From positions 86,554,001 to 86,618,000 of the forward strand of contig NC_045697.1 of assembly GCF_009834535.1 (NCBI RefSeq): a stretch of DNA of 64,000 bases. The letters run 5' to 3'. Every line of letters starts with the position of its first letter. Within the stretch, counting starts at the first letter, position 1. The DNA comes from Camelus ferus. Taxonomy: Eukaryota. Shown piece by piece: positions 25,116-36,589 of this stretch. The translations under genes were made by a program, and so were the position numbers. Below the pieces are notes generated by a model. The model was not told the origin of the DNA and did no database searches. It saw only the letters and a list, made by a program, of their open reading frames with translations.

Positions 25116-28100
25116 GAAGTTCTGGTTCAGATGATGAAATAGGAAGATCCCAAACTCTCCTCCTCCCACAGACACACCAAATGTACAGCTACATATAGAA
25201 CAATTTCCTCTGAAAAAACCCACAAAACTAGCTGAGCGACGCCTACGCAATGGGCAACCAAAAAATCCCCACATCTACACAGGCAGAAGAGGCTGAGACA
25301 CAATCTTGCCATAAACCCCACCCCTAGTGTGGTGGCACACAATCAGTAAGGAACTCACAACTCCAAGCTTCTGCTCAAGAAGAAAGGGTTTGAATCCTAC
25401 ATCTGACAACTTTGAAGACCTGCACCTAAGAGATGAGCCCCTAAAACATCTAGCTATGAAAGCCAATAAGGCTTGCATCCACAAGACACACAAAGCCATA
25501 GTGAACAGAGAAACAGTCCTGAAAGGGTTTGCATGGACTCACTGTGACTACATCCTAGGCCCAGCACTGAGGTAACTGACTGAAACATCCAGTCCTTCTG
25601 TAAAAGAGGACTATTTGCTTATCGTAAAGCTTTGGGCTAAGGAGAAGGCATCTAATTTAACACACATCTAGGGGTCTACCTAAATACTCTCCAAAGATCA
25701 TAGAGGCCAGCAGGCACCATCTTTGTGTCCTCCCTCTGCCTCACCCCAGGTCACAAGTACCTCCCAGAAAGGAGTTCGTGCAAATGTCTGGTGCCCTAGT
25801 TTTTGTGCATAACACCCAGAGGTCACCTCGTGATTGCCTGACTCTGGTGAACTCAGAAGGGCTTATGTTCACAGGTCCCACAAGACTGTAACAACAAAAT
25901 TATTAACTGGCTATCCACCCAGGGCACAGTGGAGAAGCAGCAGACTGTGAAAGAGCCCTATTAGTTTATCTTCATACTGTGGCCTGAGGGGCAGGTTTCT
26001 ACTTAAACACACATATAAGGGCCCACTGCAATCCTCTCCAGAGACCAGGGAGGCTAGGCTGGTGGCACTATCTTCATGTCCTCCCCCGCCTCACCCCAGA
26101 TCACCAGTGTCTCTCTGAGAAGCCTGTGCACATGTCTGGCACCCCAGAAGACACATCTCTTAATAGCCTGGCTCTGGTGGCTAGTGCATGGGTTGGGTTC
26201 ATGGGTTTAATGGGATGGCGGTAAACAAAGAAAAAGTTCTTAATTGGCTATCATCCCAGACTCAGTGCAGAGGGGGCAAACAGAAAAGCCCAACACCCAG
26301 TCTCCCCCTGAAAGAGGTATATTTGCATACTTTCAAAGTTTCTACCTCAGGATTCAGCTTTCGATCAGACTAAATCTAGGTAATGACTAAAATCTTCCCT
26401 CCATTGGGTCACTGATAGATCTTGACACACCCTCAACTATACGGAGGCACTAAGAACAAACTAAACTACTTAGACAACCACAAAGTTTTTGAGAAGCAAC
26501 CATGAATGAGCTAGGGAAGGGCTGAACAATAACGTTCATCTCCTACATGAGGCCAATCCTTTAAGATTGGAAGAGGTGGCTGTTTTTTCTAATGCATAGA
26601 AGTGAACTGGAGACTCAAGAAAAACAAAGAAACAAAGGAATGTGTTTCAAATGAAAGAACAAAATAAAACCTTAGAAAAAGTCCTTAATAAAAAGGAAGA
26701 TAAGTGATTTATTTGAGAAACAGTACAAAATAAGATAAATGTTTACCAAGCTCAGAAGAATAGATTAAAAAAGTGAGAACTTCAACAAAGAGATAGAAAA
26801 TACAAGAAAGTACTAAATAAAACCGACAAAGCTGAATAATACAATAACTGAACTAAAAAATACAATAGAGGGGTTCATCAGACTAGATGAAACAGCAGAA
26901 AAAATCAGTGTACTCGAAGACAGAGCAGTGGCACTTGCCTAATCAGGCACATGAAAGTGGACGACTATCTAACACCATATACAAAAATCAACTCAAAATG
27001 GATTAAAGACATGAACCTAATAAGACCTGAAACCATAAAACTCCTAGTAGAAAACATAGGTGGTAAGCTCCTTGACTTTGGTGTTGGTAATGTTTTTTTG
27101 AATTTGACATCCAAAGCAAAGGCAACAAAAGCAAAGATAAACAAGCAGGACTGTATAGGACTATAAAGTTTCTTCACAGGAGAGAAAACCATTAACAAAA
27201 TGAAAAGGCAACTTACAGAATGGAAAAAAAAATATTTTCAAATCATATATCTGATAAGGGTTTAATACCCAAAATGCACAAAGAACTCATGAAACTCAAT
27301 ACCAAAAAAATCAAACAATCTGATTTTTAAAATCGTGTATACCAAAGAAGGTACAGAGATGGCCAATAGGTACATGAAAAGGTGTTCAACATCACTATCA
27401 GAGAAATGCAAATCAAAACCACAATGAGATAACCACTTCACATCTAATGGAACAGCTACTATCAAAAAGACAAGAAATAACAAATGTTGGCGAGGATGTG
27501 GATAAAAGGGAACCCTCATACACTGTTGGAGGGAATGTAAATTTGTTCAGTGGCTATGGAAAACAATACAGAGGTTCTGCAAAAATTAAAAACAGAATTA
27601 CCATATGATCCAGCATTTCCACTACTGGGTGTTTATCCTAAGGAAATGAAAACCCTAACTGGAAAAGGCATCTGCACCCCCATTTTTAGTGCAGCATTAT
27701 TTATAATAGCCAAGACATGGAACAACATAAATGTCCATCAATGGAGGAATAGACAGAAAAGATGTGGTATATATACACAACTGAATATCATTCATCCATA
27801 AAAAAGGGAAATCTTGCCATTTGCGACAACATGGGTTGACTTTGAGGGCATTAGGATAAGTGAAATAAGACAGGGAAATACAAACACTATATAATTTCAC
27901 TTAAATGACATCATAGATACAAAGAACAGATTAGGGGTTACCAGAACCAAGAGGTAAGAATATCAAAAGGCACAAGCTTCCAGTTATAAAATAAATAAGT
28001 CCTGGAGATGTTATACACAGTATGGTGATTATAATTAATAATACTGTATTGTATATTTGCTAAGTTAGTAGATCTTAAAAGTTCTTATCACAAGAAAAAA

Positions 28101-28274
28101 AAATTGCAACTGTGTGTGGTGATGAATGTTAACTAGATTTGTTGTGGTGATCAATATGCAATACACACATATACCAAATCATGTTTTCCATCTGAAACTA
28201 ATATAAAGTTATATGTCCATTATAGTTCAATAAAAAAGAAGAAATTTAACTGAGAAAACATATCTAAGAAAAAA
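25116..28274 (+). mobile_element. Internally deleted L1 (L1MA-like): 5'UTR and start of ORF1 joined at ~26950 to the ORF2 3' end, 3'UTR and A-rich tail
   Basis: Probable TSD AGAACATCATAGTA (25102-25115) / AGAACGCCACAGTA (28275-28288), 11/14 identical. ORF2 C-terminal peptides YLTPYTKINSKWIKD and LPYDPAFPLLGVYP are present. Confidence 0.8.
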
Positions 28275-29949
28275 AGAACGCCACAGTAATAACTGCTTCA
28301 GGCAAAACGAAAATTAGACTCCAGGGTGAAACAGGATACGCGCATAGCCTCAAATTATCTCTCTCAAAATATTTATAAATATGGTGGTTTTAACATATGT
28401 GCACAAATTCTGTGATACTCCTCTCTCCAGGAGGTGGACCTCTATTTCCCTCCCCTTGTGTGTATGTCGGACTTCCTCCTAACAAGAGTATAGAAAATGG
28501 AAAACAGTAACTTCATAGTGGAAAAACCTGACAGACACAACCTTTACCAAGTCCTCAAGGTTAGCATTGCCACTAACAGTTGATATCACATACTCTCTGA
28601 TATGCCACAAGATGTGCACCTGACTTCTGTAGCAGTCTTCCCAAATTATCCTTAACTCTTGTATAACCATAAGAAAACATCAGGTATATGTAAATTGAGG
28701 GTCATTTCACAAAACATCCAAAAAGGACTCTTCAAAAGTATCAAGGTCAAGAAAAATAAGGAAAGACTGAAAATTTATCATAGACCACAGAAAATTAAGG
28801 AGGCAAGACCAGTAAGTGCAATGCAGTATCCTGGACTGACTCTTCAACAGGAAGTGGACATTAGTAGAAAAACTGGTGAAATATGAATAAAGTATATAGT
28901 GTAGTTAGTAGTATTGCACCCAAGGTTAATTTCTTAGTTTTGATAAATGTATTGGTGTGCAAGACGTTAACATTAGGGGGAACTAGATGGAAGAATATAG
29001 AGAAACTTTATGACTTTTCTATAACTCTAAAATTATTTCAAAATAAAATATTATACATATATGCTTTCTAAGAATAATTTTTAACCATTCCTTTTACTTT
29101 TTGAGCTTCTGTTTCTACTCAAATTTGACCCTAATGTAATTATATATTTTTGTACTTTTAAGTTTTACTCACCATCCTCAGCATACTTCTTGGCACTAAC
29201 ATTTTAATTTTTAAATTTCCTATAAGAAAAAGATTATAAGTGTTAAAGGGGGAAAAAGCTAGGTTTTTATCGTTACAATTATTAACGAGCACTGGATCAA
29301 AGCAACATAACACATTCTGATAGTCACTAAAGAAAAATATGCCGCTTTTATTGAAAATACATTGCGTAATGAAATAAGGCTGTTTTTTCCTCCCATTTAG
29401 CCCATGTATCCGTAGATGGATGCCATTCCCATCAATTCTATTGCTGTTTTCTATTTCTTATTTAAAAGTGATTTAATCCTTGAGAAACCTTTACCACACA
29501 CAAAAAAAATTAGAGGGGTATTTAAATTTTGTTATAACAATGTCGGTCAATTCCTTGACGTCCTTGTGGACTACATGCCAAAACTGGTTTAGTAATTTAC
29601 CATTTAAAATATTTTCAGCGATCTATCGACTAACACCTCCACTAGGGCCTCCTTCAACTTTCACAAGAGTAAAGAATTGAGAACACCTACATTGGGTTTG
29701 TCACTTCTGTATTAGAGCCATTAGCTCTGAACGCCCTCACCTGTTTTCATGATTGATTATTCTTTGCTTGGCTCCACCACTGAGGCTCCTGCAGGAGTCC
29801 AGGGTGTTTTTTTCTGAAAACAGGAGAGACACCGTGAGGCCAAACCTTGTCCACAGGTGCAATCTTTGAGAATAATTGGGACAAAGAGAATAGAAACCAC
29901 CCACACATATAGGTTTCCCTAGGACAGCCCCCAAGCCCACTAGATAAGG

Positions 29950-30570
29950 AGGCCGCGTTACAGCGCTCTGTCAGGACGGAGAGGGAAAGGCAGGGTGAGA
30001 AGGAGGTGTGTGCGCAGGGCATCAGCCAGGAGAGTGACTAAACCCAACTGCGCGACTTACCCACCTTCTCCAGCACCGAAGGTGGCCAACAGGCCTGAGC
30101 ACCCACGCTACGAGACCCGCACGGGCATTACGTGGCCCTGAACGTGCGAGACGCTCGCGTCGCACAACTTGGCGACGACGCAGGCCGTGGAGCGCGGCAG
30201 GCACGCGCTGGCGCATGCGCAGGGGTGGGAGCGCGGGCCGCGGAGGCGGTTGGTGATTGGATGCGGCAGGCGCAGGCGCGTCTGACCCGCCCCTGCAGCG
30301 AGGCCGCGAGACCGCTTTTGAAAGACGCAGCGCTGGTCGCGTGGCTTTCACGCCAAGCGGTCTGAAGAGAGAGGTTGAGGCCATCCGGGAGAAGCAACGG
30401 CGTCGTCGTCAGCGGCAGGCCGGCGAGCCCCAGGCCTGCGGCCCTGTCTGCGGCTCAGTCAGAACTACCAGCCTGCGGGGTCCGGCCAGCAGGGCAAGAA
30501 GGACAATTTTGGTGGGTGGGAGTTGGGGAGGGACTTGGGAGGCTGCCAACAGGCCGCTGCGGGTCTCATG
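29950..30570. promoter_or_regulatory. CpG-island promoter / first-exon region of ADAD1
   Basis: The only CpG-dense, GC-rich stretch in the window. Contains NRF1-type GCGCATGCGC (30211-30220) and GCGCAGGCGC (30270-30279), an inverted CCAAT box (30256-30260) and a CHR-like TTTGAA (30317-30322). It ends ~340 bp upstream of the ADAD1 ATG. Confidence 0.85.
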
Positions 30571-30753
30571 TTTTTGTTTTCTTTTCTTTCTTTTTCCCTG
30601 ACCCCCGAGTAGGTGTAAGGGCTCTTCACCACAGGTCGCGTCATTCTTTTTTTCTCTTTGTGGTAGCACTGTGGGGAGGGATTTAGGAGACAGTTCTGTA
30701 AAAAAAAAAAATAATAACAAAAAAACTGAAAGACTCCAGTCACAAAGAAGTCA

Positions 30754-30761
30754 TGACGTCA
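30754..30761. promoter_or_regulatory. Perfect CRE palindrome TGACGTCA upstream of the first coding exon
   Basis: Exact consensus with the CpG retained; overlaps a MYB-type CAGTTA (30760-30765). Function is inferred. Confidence 0.55.
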
Positions 30762-30907
30762 GTTAAGAAGCTTTGACTTGTGAGTGTGTATGTAAAGGCT
30801 GTTTATGGGAATGTGGTTATTTCAGGGTATTTTTATTCTACCTAGTACCTTGGGCTTTTTTGTTTGTTTGTTTTCTGCCAATTTTCTTATAATTTGTAGG
30901 TGAGAAA

Positions 30908-31079
30908 ATGTCTGGCAACAACGACTGGTTTCAGGGTTCTCGGGTCCCTAGCTTTGCTCAGATGCTGAAAAAGAACTTGCCAGTTCAGCCATCAGCCCAG
31001 ACGGTATCTATACCTGCAGGATACTCCTCGGAGAGTTACAGCCTGTCGAATATGGCATCCAAGGTTACGCAAGTGACGG
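30908..31079 (+). CDS. ADAD1: ADAD1 first coding exon ([28 protein letters not shown]...[11 protein letters not shown]), 172 bp
   Basis: Acceptor AG 30898-30899, ATG at 30908 (aaaATG), donor GTacaa at 31080; recognisable ADAD1/TENR N-terminus. Confidence 0.95.
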
Positions 31080-31834
31080 GTACAAACCCTTTTACATTTG
31101 TCGTAATGCCTGTGTTCTTTAAGATTCTGGGATGGCCAGTAAGTTTTATTGAGCCTCTGCTTTAAATGTTTCCTGGATATATATCCGTTTACCTGTGGCC
31201 ATGTACCGACTGAAACTTGAATTTGACTCCTAACACTGTGGAAATTCTTCCCCTGGCTGCTCACTTAATTGTTCTTTACCACATGAGATTAAACAATTTC
31301 CAGCGTGTCTTGCCTTTTTGAGGTGAGGCTGTGTTTTCCCCTTCAAGGAACAGAGCTGGACTTGTACTGGTTTATATTCCACATATCACTTAACATAGTG
31401 TTGTGTTAAGCAGAGACAAACATACTTTAAAAATCCGATTGAATTCAACGTGAAAGTTTATATAAAATAGTGAATAGGAAGCAGAAACTGGGTTCTAGCC
31501 CCAAATCTGTCTTACGTTCTAGGCCTTAGTGAAGTCACGTGTAGAAATGGCTTAGAGAGCCTCTGAAGGCCTTGGCCTCACTAAAATTCTATGATACTTT
31601 GATATCCCTTATGATACGGCAGTGAGAGCACTTTGTAAAACAGTCTTAATACTCCAAAAGATATATCCGGTAAGAGGTTACACTTCTTTAGCAGTGGAAA
31701 CTTATTTTTAATGAAAAACACATATGATTGTGTCTTGGAAAAATCATCTGTTTTAGGGAAGGGTTTAGTGCTTTTGCTTGTCTTCTTCTTTTTTTAATTT
31801 AACCAAATTGACAAGCATAAATATTTATTCTTAG

Positions 31835-32023
31835 GTAATTTTCCAGAACCATTGCTTTCCAAAGGCCTTTCATCTATTTCAAATCCTGTCCTTCCTCCGA
31901 AAAAAATACCTAAGGAATTTATAATGAAATACAAACGTGGAGAGATAAATCCTGTGTCAGCCTTGCACCAGTTTGCACAGATGCAGCGGGTTCAGCTTGA
32001 CCTTAAGGAAACAGTAAAAACAG
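31835..32023 (+). CDS. ADAD1: ADAD1 coding exon 2 ([10 protein letters not shown]...[27 protein letters not shown]; start of dsRBD), 189 bp, GC donor
   Basis: Acceptor AG 31833-31834; donor CAG|GCAAGT at 32024 is the only nearby site that keeps frame with the next exon. Confidence 0.92.
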
Positions 32024-34467
32024 GCAAGTGCAAATTTGTATCTGGTTGTTACAGTACTGGGAAAAACTTTCCTATTAAAAGCAAAGTATATAAGTAGTAC
32101 TAAATTTGGTTATTTTCTTTATTTACCTAATATTGGAGTTAGATAACTACTAGTATGTTTTTGCAAGTATACTTAAGAAATTTTTATGTTCATACTTCTT
32201 TAGCCTTCTAAGCCTCTACATTTAACTTATACAAAATTTTTACAATCACTGAATTTTTTTTATTATACATGGCTAGTTTAATGGAAATTTTATCAGCGTT
32301 GTAGATTTTCAGGTGTAAATAAGTACTCCTCGTAGCACAAACATGCTTTTGTGTGAATGTTACATATTTGGACTATGATTGTTTTATGAGTATTCTGTGA
32401 TAATGATGCCTGACAAAAATTATAGTCAAATTTGGCTTCTGAAATTTAAAAATTAGAAGTGAAAATAGCACATTATTGATTCTTTGCAAACTTTTCTGTT
32501 TTCTCCATTCTCTACTAAACTGCTCTCCCACCAGAAGAATCTGTTACCATACTGGGTCTGTGGAAGGCTGCAGGAGTACAGATTAGTAAAAGATGGGAAG
32601 AAGCTTCTGATTTTGTCACTTTATGACTAGTGATGTGGAAAAACTTTTGGAAAGTGGAGGGACAAGAGAATAAAGTGCTCTTAAGAGGCATTGGCAGACT
32701 TAAAGCAAGAGAATCAAAGCACAGTCTTTTAAAAAAGAATCTGTGTATGTGTATATAAGTGTGGGTACTTGTGTGTATATTTTACACACACAATCAGGTA
32801 GTTTTGTTTAATTTTCTCTTCCTGATACTAACTTTTGCTGGTAGGGTGTCTCAGAGTTAGTATCTTTGCAAAGAATTTAAAGCTTTCGAGATTTTTAGTA
32901 AATATTGTCATACTGAAGCAAAGTTTCTAGTCGTTGTTTTGGATGAAATAACAGTAAATTAACAGGTGGCAAAAATAGGGTCTTAATATAGAAGATGGAG
33001 TTTTCCTAGATCCTGTCACTATAGTTTGGATTACTTCATGTGATTAATACTATGGATTGAATTTCTGTATAACTAGTTTGCTTTCCTCCATTTTTCTCCA
33101 CTGCCCTTGGAAAATGTAAACTATTGGTCACAGTTAAAAAAAAAAATTTAGGGCAAATCTTCATTGATCTGAGCAGAAACTACTAAAAAATATAACTCAG
33201 TGATTGTTAATGGTGCTCATTTTATGTGCATAGTACTAGTTGAATAATCTAATTCAGTAGGTTTGGTAGAAAAACCAGAGAATCAGTATTTAACAAGCTC
33301 TTTAGTATGGATTTAGATGATCATAAGGTTTGAGAACCTGAGATATAAATAGAATGGAGCTTAAGGGCTCTGACACAGTACTCACTAACAAATTTGATGT
33401 GCGGTACCTCCCACATTAGAATCATCTGGGCCATTTGTTAAAAGTATAAAATAGTCTAAGGTTTAGTAAATTTGGTTTGGAACCCAGCTGATCGTGAAGG
33501 AAGGAACTTGGAAAACAGGTCCTAGATATTGGAAGGAAAGCAGTTTATTCTGATACAGTCTGGAGTTGCTTGTAAAATCTTGGTGTACATCTTAGAGGAA
33601 AACCCAGCAGTTAATGTAATGTGTGAAAAGATAAGATAATAAAATAATAATGAGGCTTATGTGGAGTAACATTGTACATAGCCATTCGTAACGTAACCAG
33701 AATGGAGACTTAAGTTTCTTGAAGACCTTCTGTAGTCTGAATACCAGCAAGTAAAACTTGAACCAGGAAATTCTTTGGCCTTTTAATATAAATGATTCTG
33801 TTTCATCAGGCAGATAGGAAGACAAGGTAAATGTAATTAATTGTATAAAGGTAATTTTTCTGAGAATTTTGGATGACTGGACATTCAGTTTAATTCTTTA
33901 GCATATTTTTCATTATTACTTATTTTTCGGTTTTCCTTGAGAATCCCCCTACCACTCTAAGGCTATGATGGGTAGTTGCTTACCATGACTCCCTGATAGG
34001 AGCATAAGATTTCTTCACAGGGATTCCTTCTGTTCTGGAGCTTATAACAGTACTGAGGCACTCAGAGAGTAGGAGAAGTTCAACTTCATCAATATTGAAG
34101 TTTGAAAGAAGAGAAACGTTGCTAGAGGCTCCACATTTACCTCTCATTGGTCATTTGATAGATATTTGGATGCTTACCGTTGCCAGGCATTATGCAAGAC
34201 ACTGTTGCTCCATGTGTGACATGTACCCTGAAGCTGGCCCTACTGTTCATGCTAAATCTGGGACCAGAACAGCTACTTGAAGGATTCCTCAGAACTAGCT
34301 TAGGGGCCCACTCAACTTTGCTTTTAAACTGTATTGGCCCTATAAGAAAACTGATAGGCTGAGATAGTTTTCTACAATTGTACTGGAATATTTTCCTATG
34401 TGACAGACATCTTTTGCAGGATCATGTTGTGAAGTATTACAGCATTCACTCCGAGTTATTTTTTAAG

Positions 34468-34635
34468 GTAATGTTATGGGACCGTATTTTGCTTTTTGTG
34501 CTGTGGTGGATGGTATTCAGTACAAGACTGGACTGGGACAAAATAAAAAGGAGTCTAGATCCAATGCAGCAAAATTAGCTCTTGATGAGCTTCTACAATT
34601 GGATGAACCTGAATCAAGAATTTCAGAAACATCAG
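34468..34635 (+). CDS. ADAD1: ADAD1 coding exon 3 ([43 protein letters not shown]...; dsRBD), 168 bp
   Basis: Acceptor ttttaAG, donor GTaaat at 34636; dsRBD C-terminal helix motif. Confidence 0.95.
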
Positions 34636-34799
34636 GTAAATATTCTTGATTATAAAGTAGAGTTTGTAAAATGTATCATTTTCCAGAAAGAGTCACCTGG
34701 AAGATTTACGTTAATGAAGGGTTACTTGTCAACTACAACAAAGAAGTAGCAGGATTTATTTGAGAAAATAAAGGTTTGAGGTAGCATAGAAAATAGATT

Positions 34800-35030
34800 G
34801 AGGGTGTAAACTCTGGAATTAGATTGCTAAGCATTGAGTATTGACCCTGGACAGACAAGTTATTTGCCTGCTAAACCTAAGTTTCATCACTTGAAAAATG
34901 GAGACAAGGATAGATACCTCCTATGTCTATCATTAGGATTAAATAAATAATGCATGCAGAGCTTTTAACCAGTACCTGGTGAGGAGTAACATAATCAAAC
35001 GGCAGTGGTTCTTAGTAAATATTTATTAAT
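34800..35030 (+). mobile_element. MIR SINE
   Basis: ctctggaattagattgct...acctaagtttcatcacttgaaaaatggagac...cagtacctgg. Confidence 0.65.
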
Positions 35031-36589
35031 TTGAGGAATATAGTAAACTTAGCATAGTAAACAGTTTTTGTCAATATTGACTGCATGTTAGATTACATTT
35101 TGGTTAACTATAAATGAGGCAACTTAATGAAGAAAAACATTTAACTTTGATTTAAACAGTGGCAGTAAATTCTTTTTAAATTCAAATCATCAATTTATTT
35201 TACTGCTGGATTTGTAAAATTTGTAACCTATTTTATTATTTCTTTTGTAATACTTAAGGTTATTTTCTTTAAGCTCAATTCTTATTTCATATGTTTTAAT
35301 TTTTCTATTTAGTTAAAACCATTATTTAATAGTTTAAAATGATTTATTTTGCAACATCTCATAAGTTTTGATATGTAGTCTTTTTTGTTGTTTTCAAATA
35401 GTTTGTCATACTTTTGATTTATAATAAGTACTTAGGAAAGTATTTTCTTAGTTTTCATATTTCTGTTCACTATCTTTGAGATTTATTAAATTTTTAGAGC
35501 TAGGTATGATGCTTTTGGTGTCTTAAACATGGTGGCAGTTTATTAATGGAAATTCCTTATATGTGATTATTTTATCAGCTATTAACCCACCTAGTTATGT
35601 CCCCAGCAATATTTTCCCAGTTTCCTTTCAACTATAACGTGCATTTGAATCAATAAATCTGTGTTTTGAGAATGTGTTGAGTTCAGAGACTATGGTAAAT
35701 ACCAGGAATCCAGAAACAAATAAGCCCTGTCCTCTACCTTCAGGGAACTAAAATGCTTTGTTGAAATCAAGTTAAAACTGAGCTACAGAATTTCCCAAGC
35801 ATCTAATTTAATTAACAGAAAATGATACTTATGATTGGCTTCTTGTGATAAATGCGTTTTCCCTAAGGGTTTTCATAATGTTTGTCTAGGGATAGTAGAT
35901 GTTTTGCCGTGTGAGCAATGATTTTTAGTGTCCAAACATTTATCTTTTCCCTTCTTTGTGAAAATTAAGGTAACATTTTCCCGTTATCACTGATGCCACT
36001 TTTATATTCACCATCTTCTCAAAAATTGCCAGTAGTGCCTTAATTATGACTAGAAGTTATTTAGTAAAACTTTTTTATTGGCATAAAGCCTGGAAATAAT
36101 AAGGTCATCTTTTCACTTATAATGAGCCACATTTTCTTATTTAAAATGTTTGTCTTAGACAGCCAAGTTTAATAATTTATTTTTCTTGTGGAGAGATATG
36201 GAAAGTAAGTGTTGAGTATTTTTTTTTCTTAGCTGTTAACCTTACATTTGTTTTTCTAGTCTCCTCCACATTCATAATGTAAAATTTTAATTTTAAAAAC
36301 TTACAAATTTTTTTAAATTCTAAATTCATCAGAATTAATTTTCATGTATATCTTCTTTCACATTTTGTACATGGTGTTTTAAAAATTATGGTTTTTTTTA
36401 AATTTACTATATAAAAACTTTTTTGCCCTGATTTTTTTCAAGGGCAATATGATTAATGATGCTATGATAGGTTTTGAAAATCTAACACTGTCTGACACAA
36501 TGAATCTGGCTCTAAACTTAGTTTATTTCAGCACCTCTTAAAAAATCATTTAATAATGTGAAAGTAATGTAAACTTCTTATAATGCTAT

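Larger units (their letters stand above)
15810..29050 (+). mobile_element. Old, near full-length L1 (L1MC/L1MD-like) acting as host: 5'UTR ~15810-16450; ORF2 remnants ~16850-18635, 20986-21420 and 21729-22200; 3'UTR ~24520-25115 and 28289-29050
   Basis: Degenerate ORF2 endonuclease/RT sequence (e.g. acttcccaactgattctatgaggcc, gatacagaaaaagcattcaacaaaattcaacatccatt) continues co-linearly across each nested insertion. The 3'UTR ends ctctaaaattatttcaaaataaaa. Confidence 0.8.

Noticed and set aside
22006..27900. Many 60-107 aa ORFs in the intergenic region (and similarly at 37003-38145 and 43650-46833)
   Set aside because: Fragments or antisense frames of decayed L1 and MLT1 sequence, not genes.
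30128..30743. Cluster of overlapping Arg/Ala/Pro-rich ORFs on both strands
   Set aside because: Expected from the scarcity of stop codons in a CpG island; only the frame tied to splice signals was kept, as a hypothesis.
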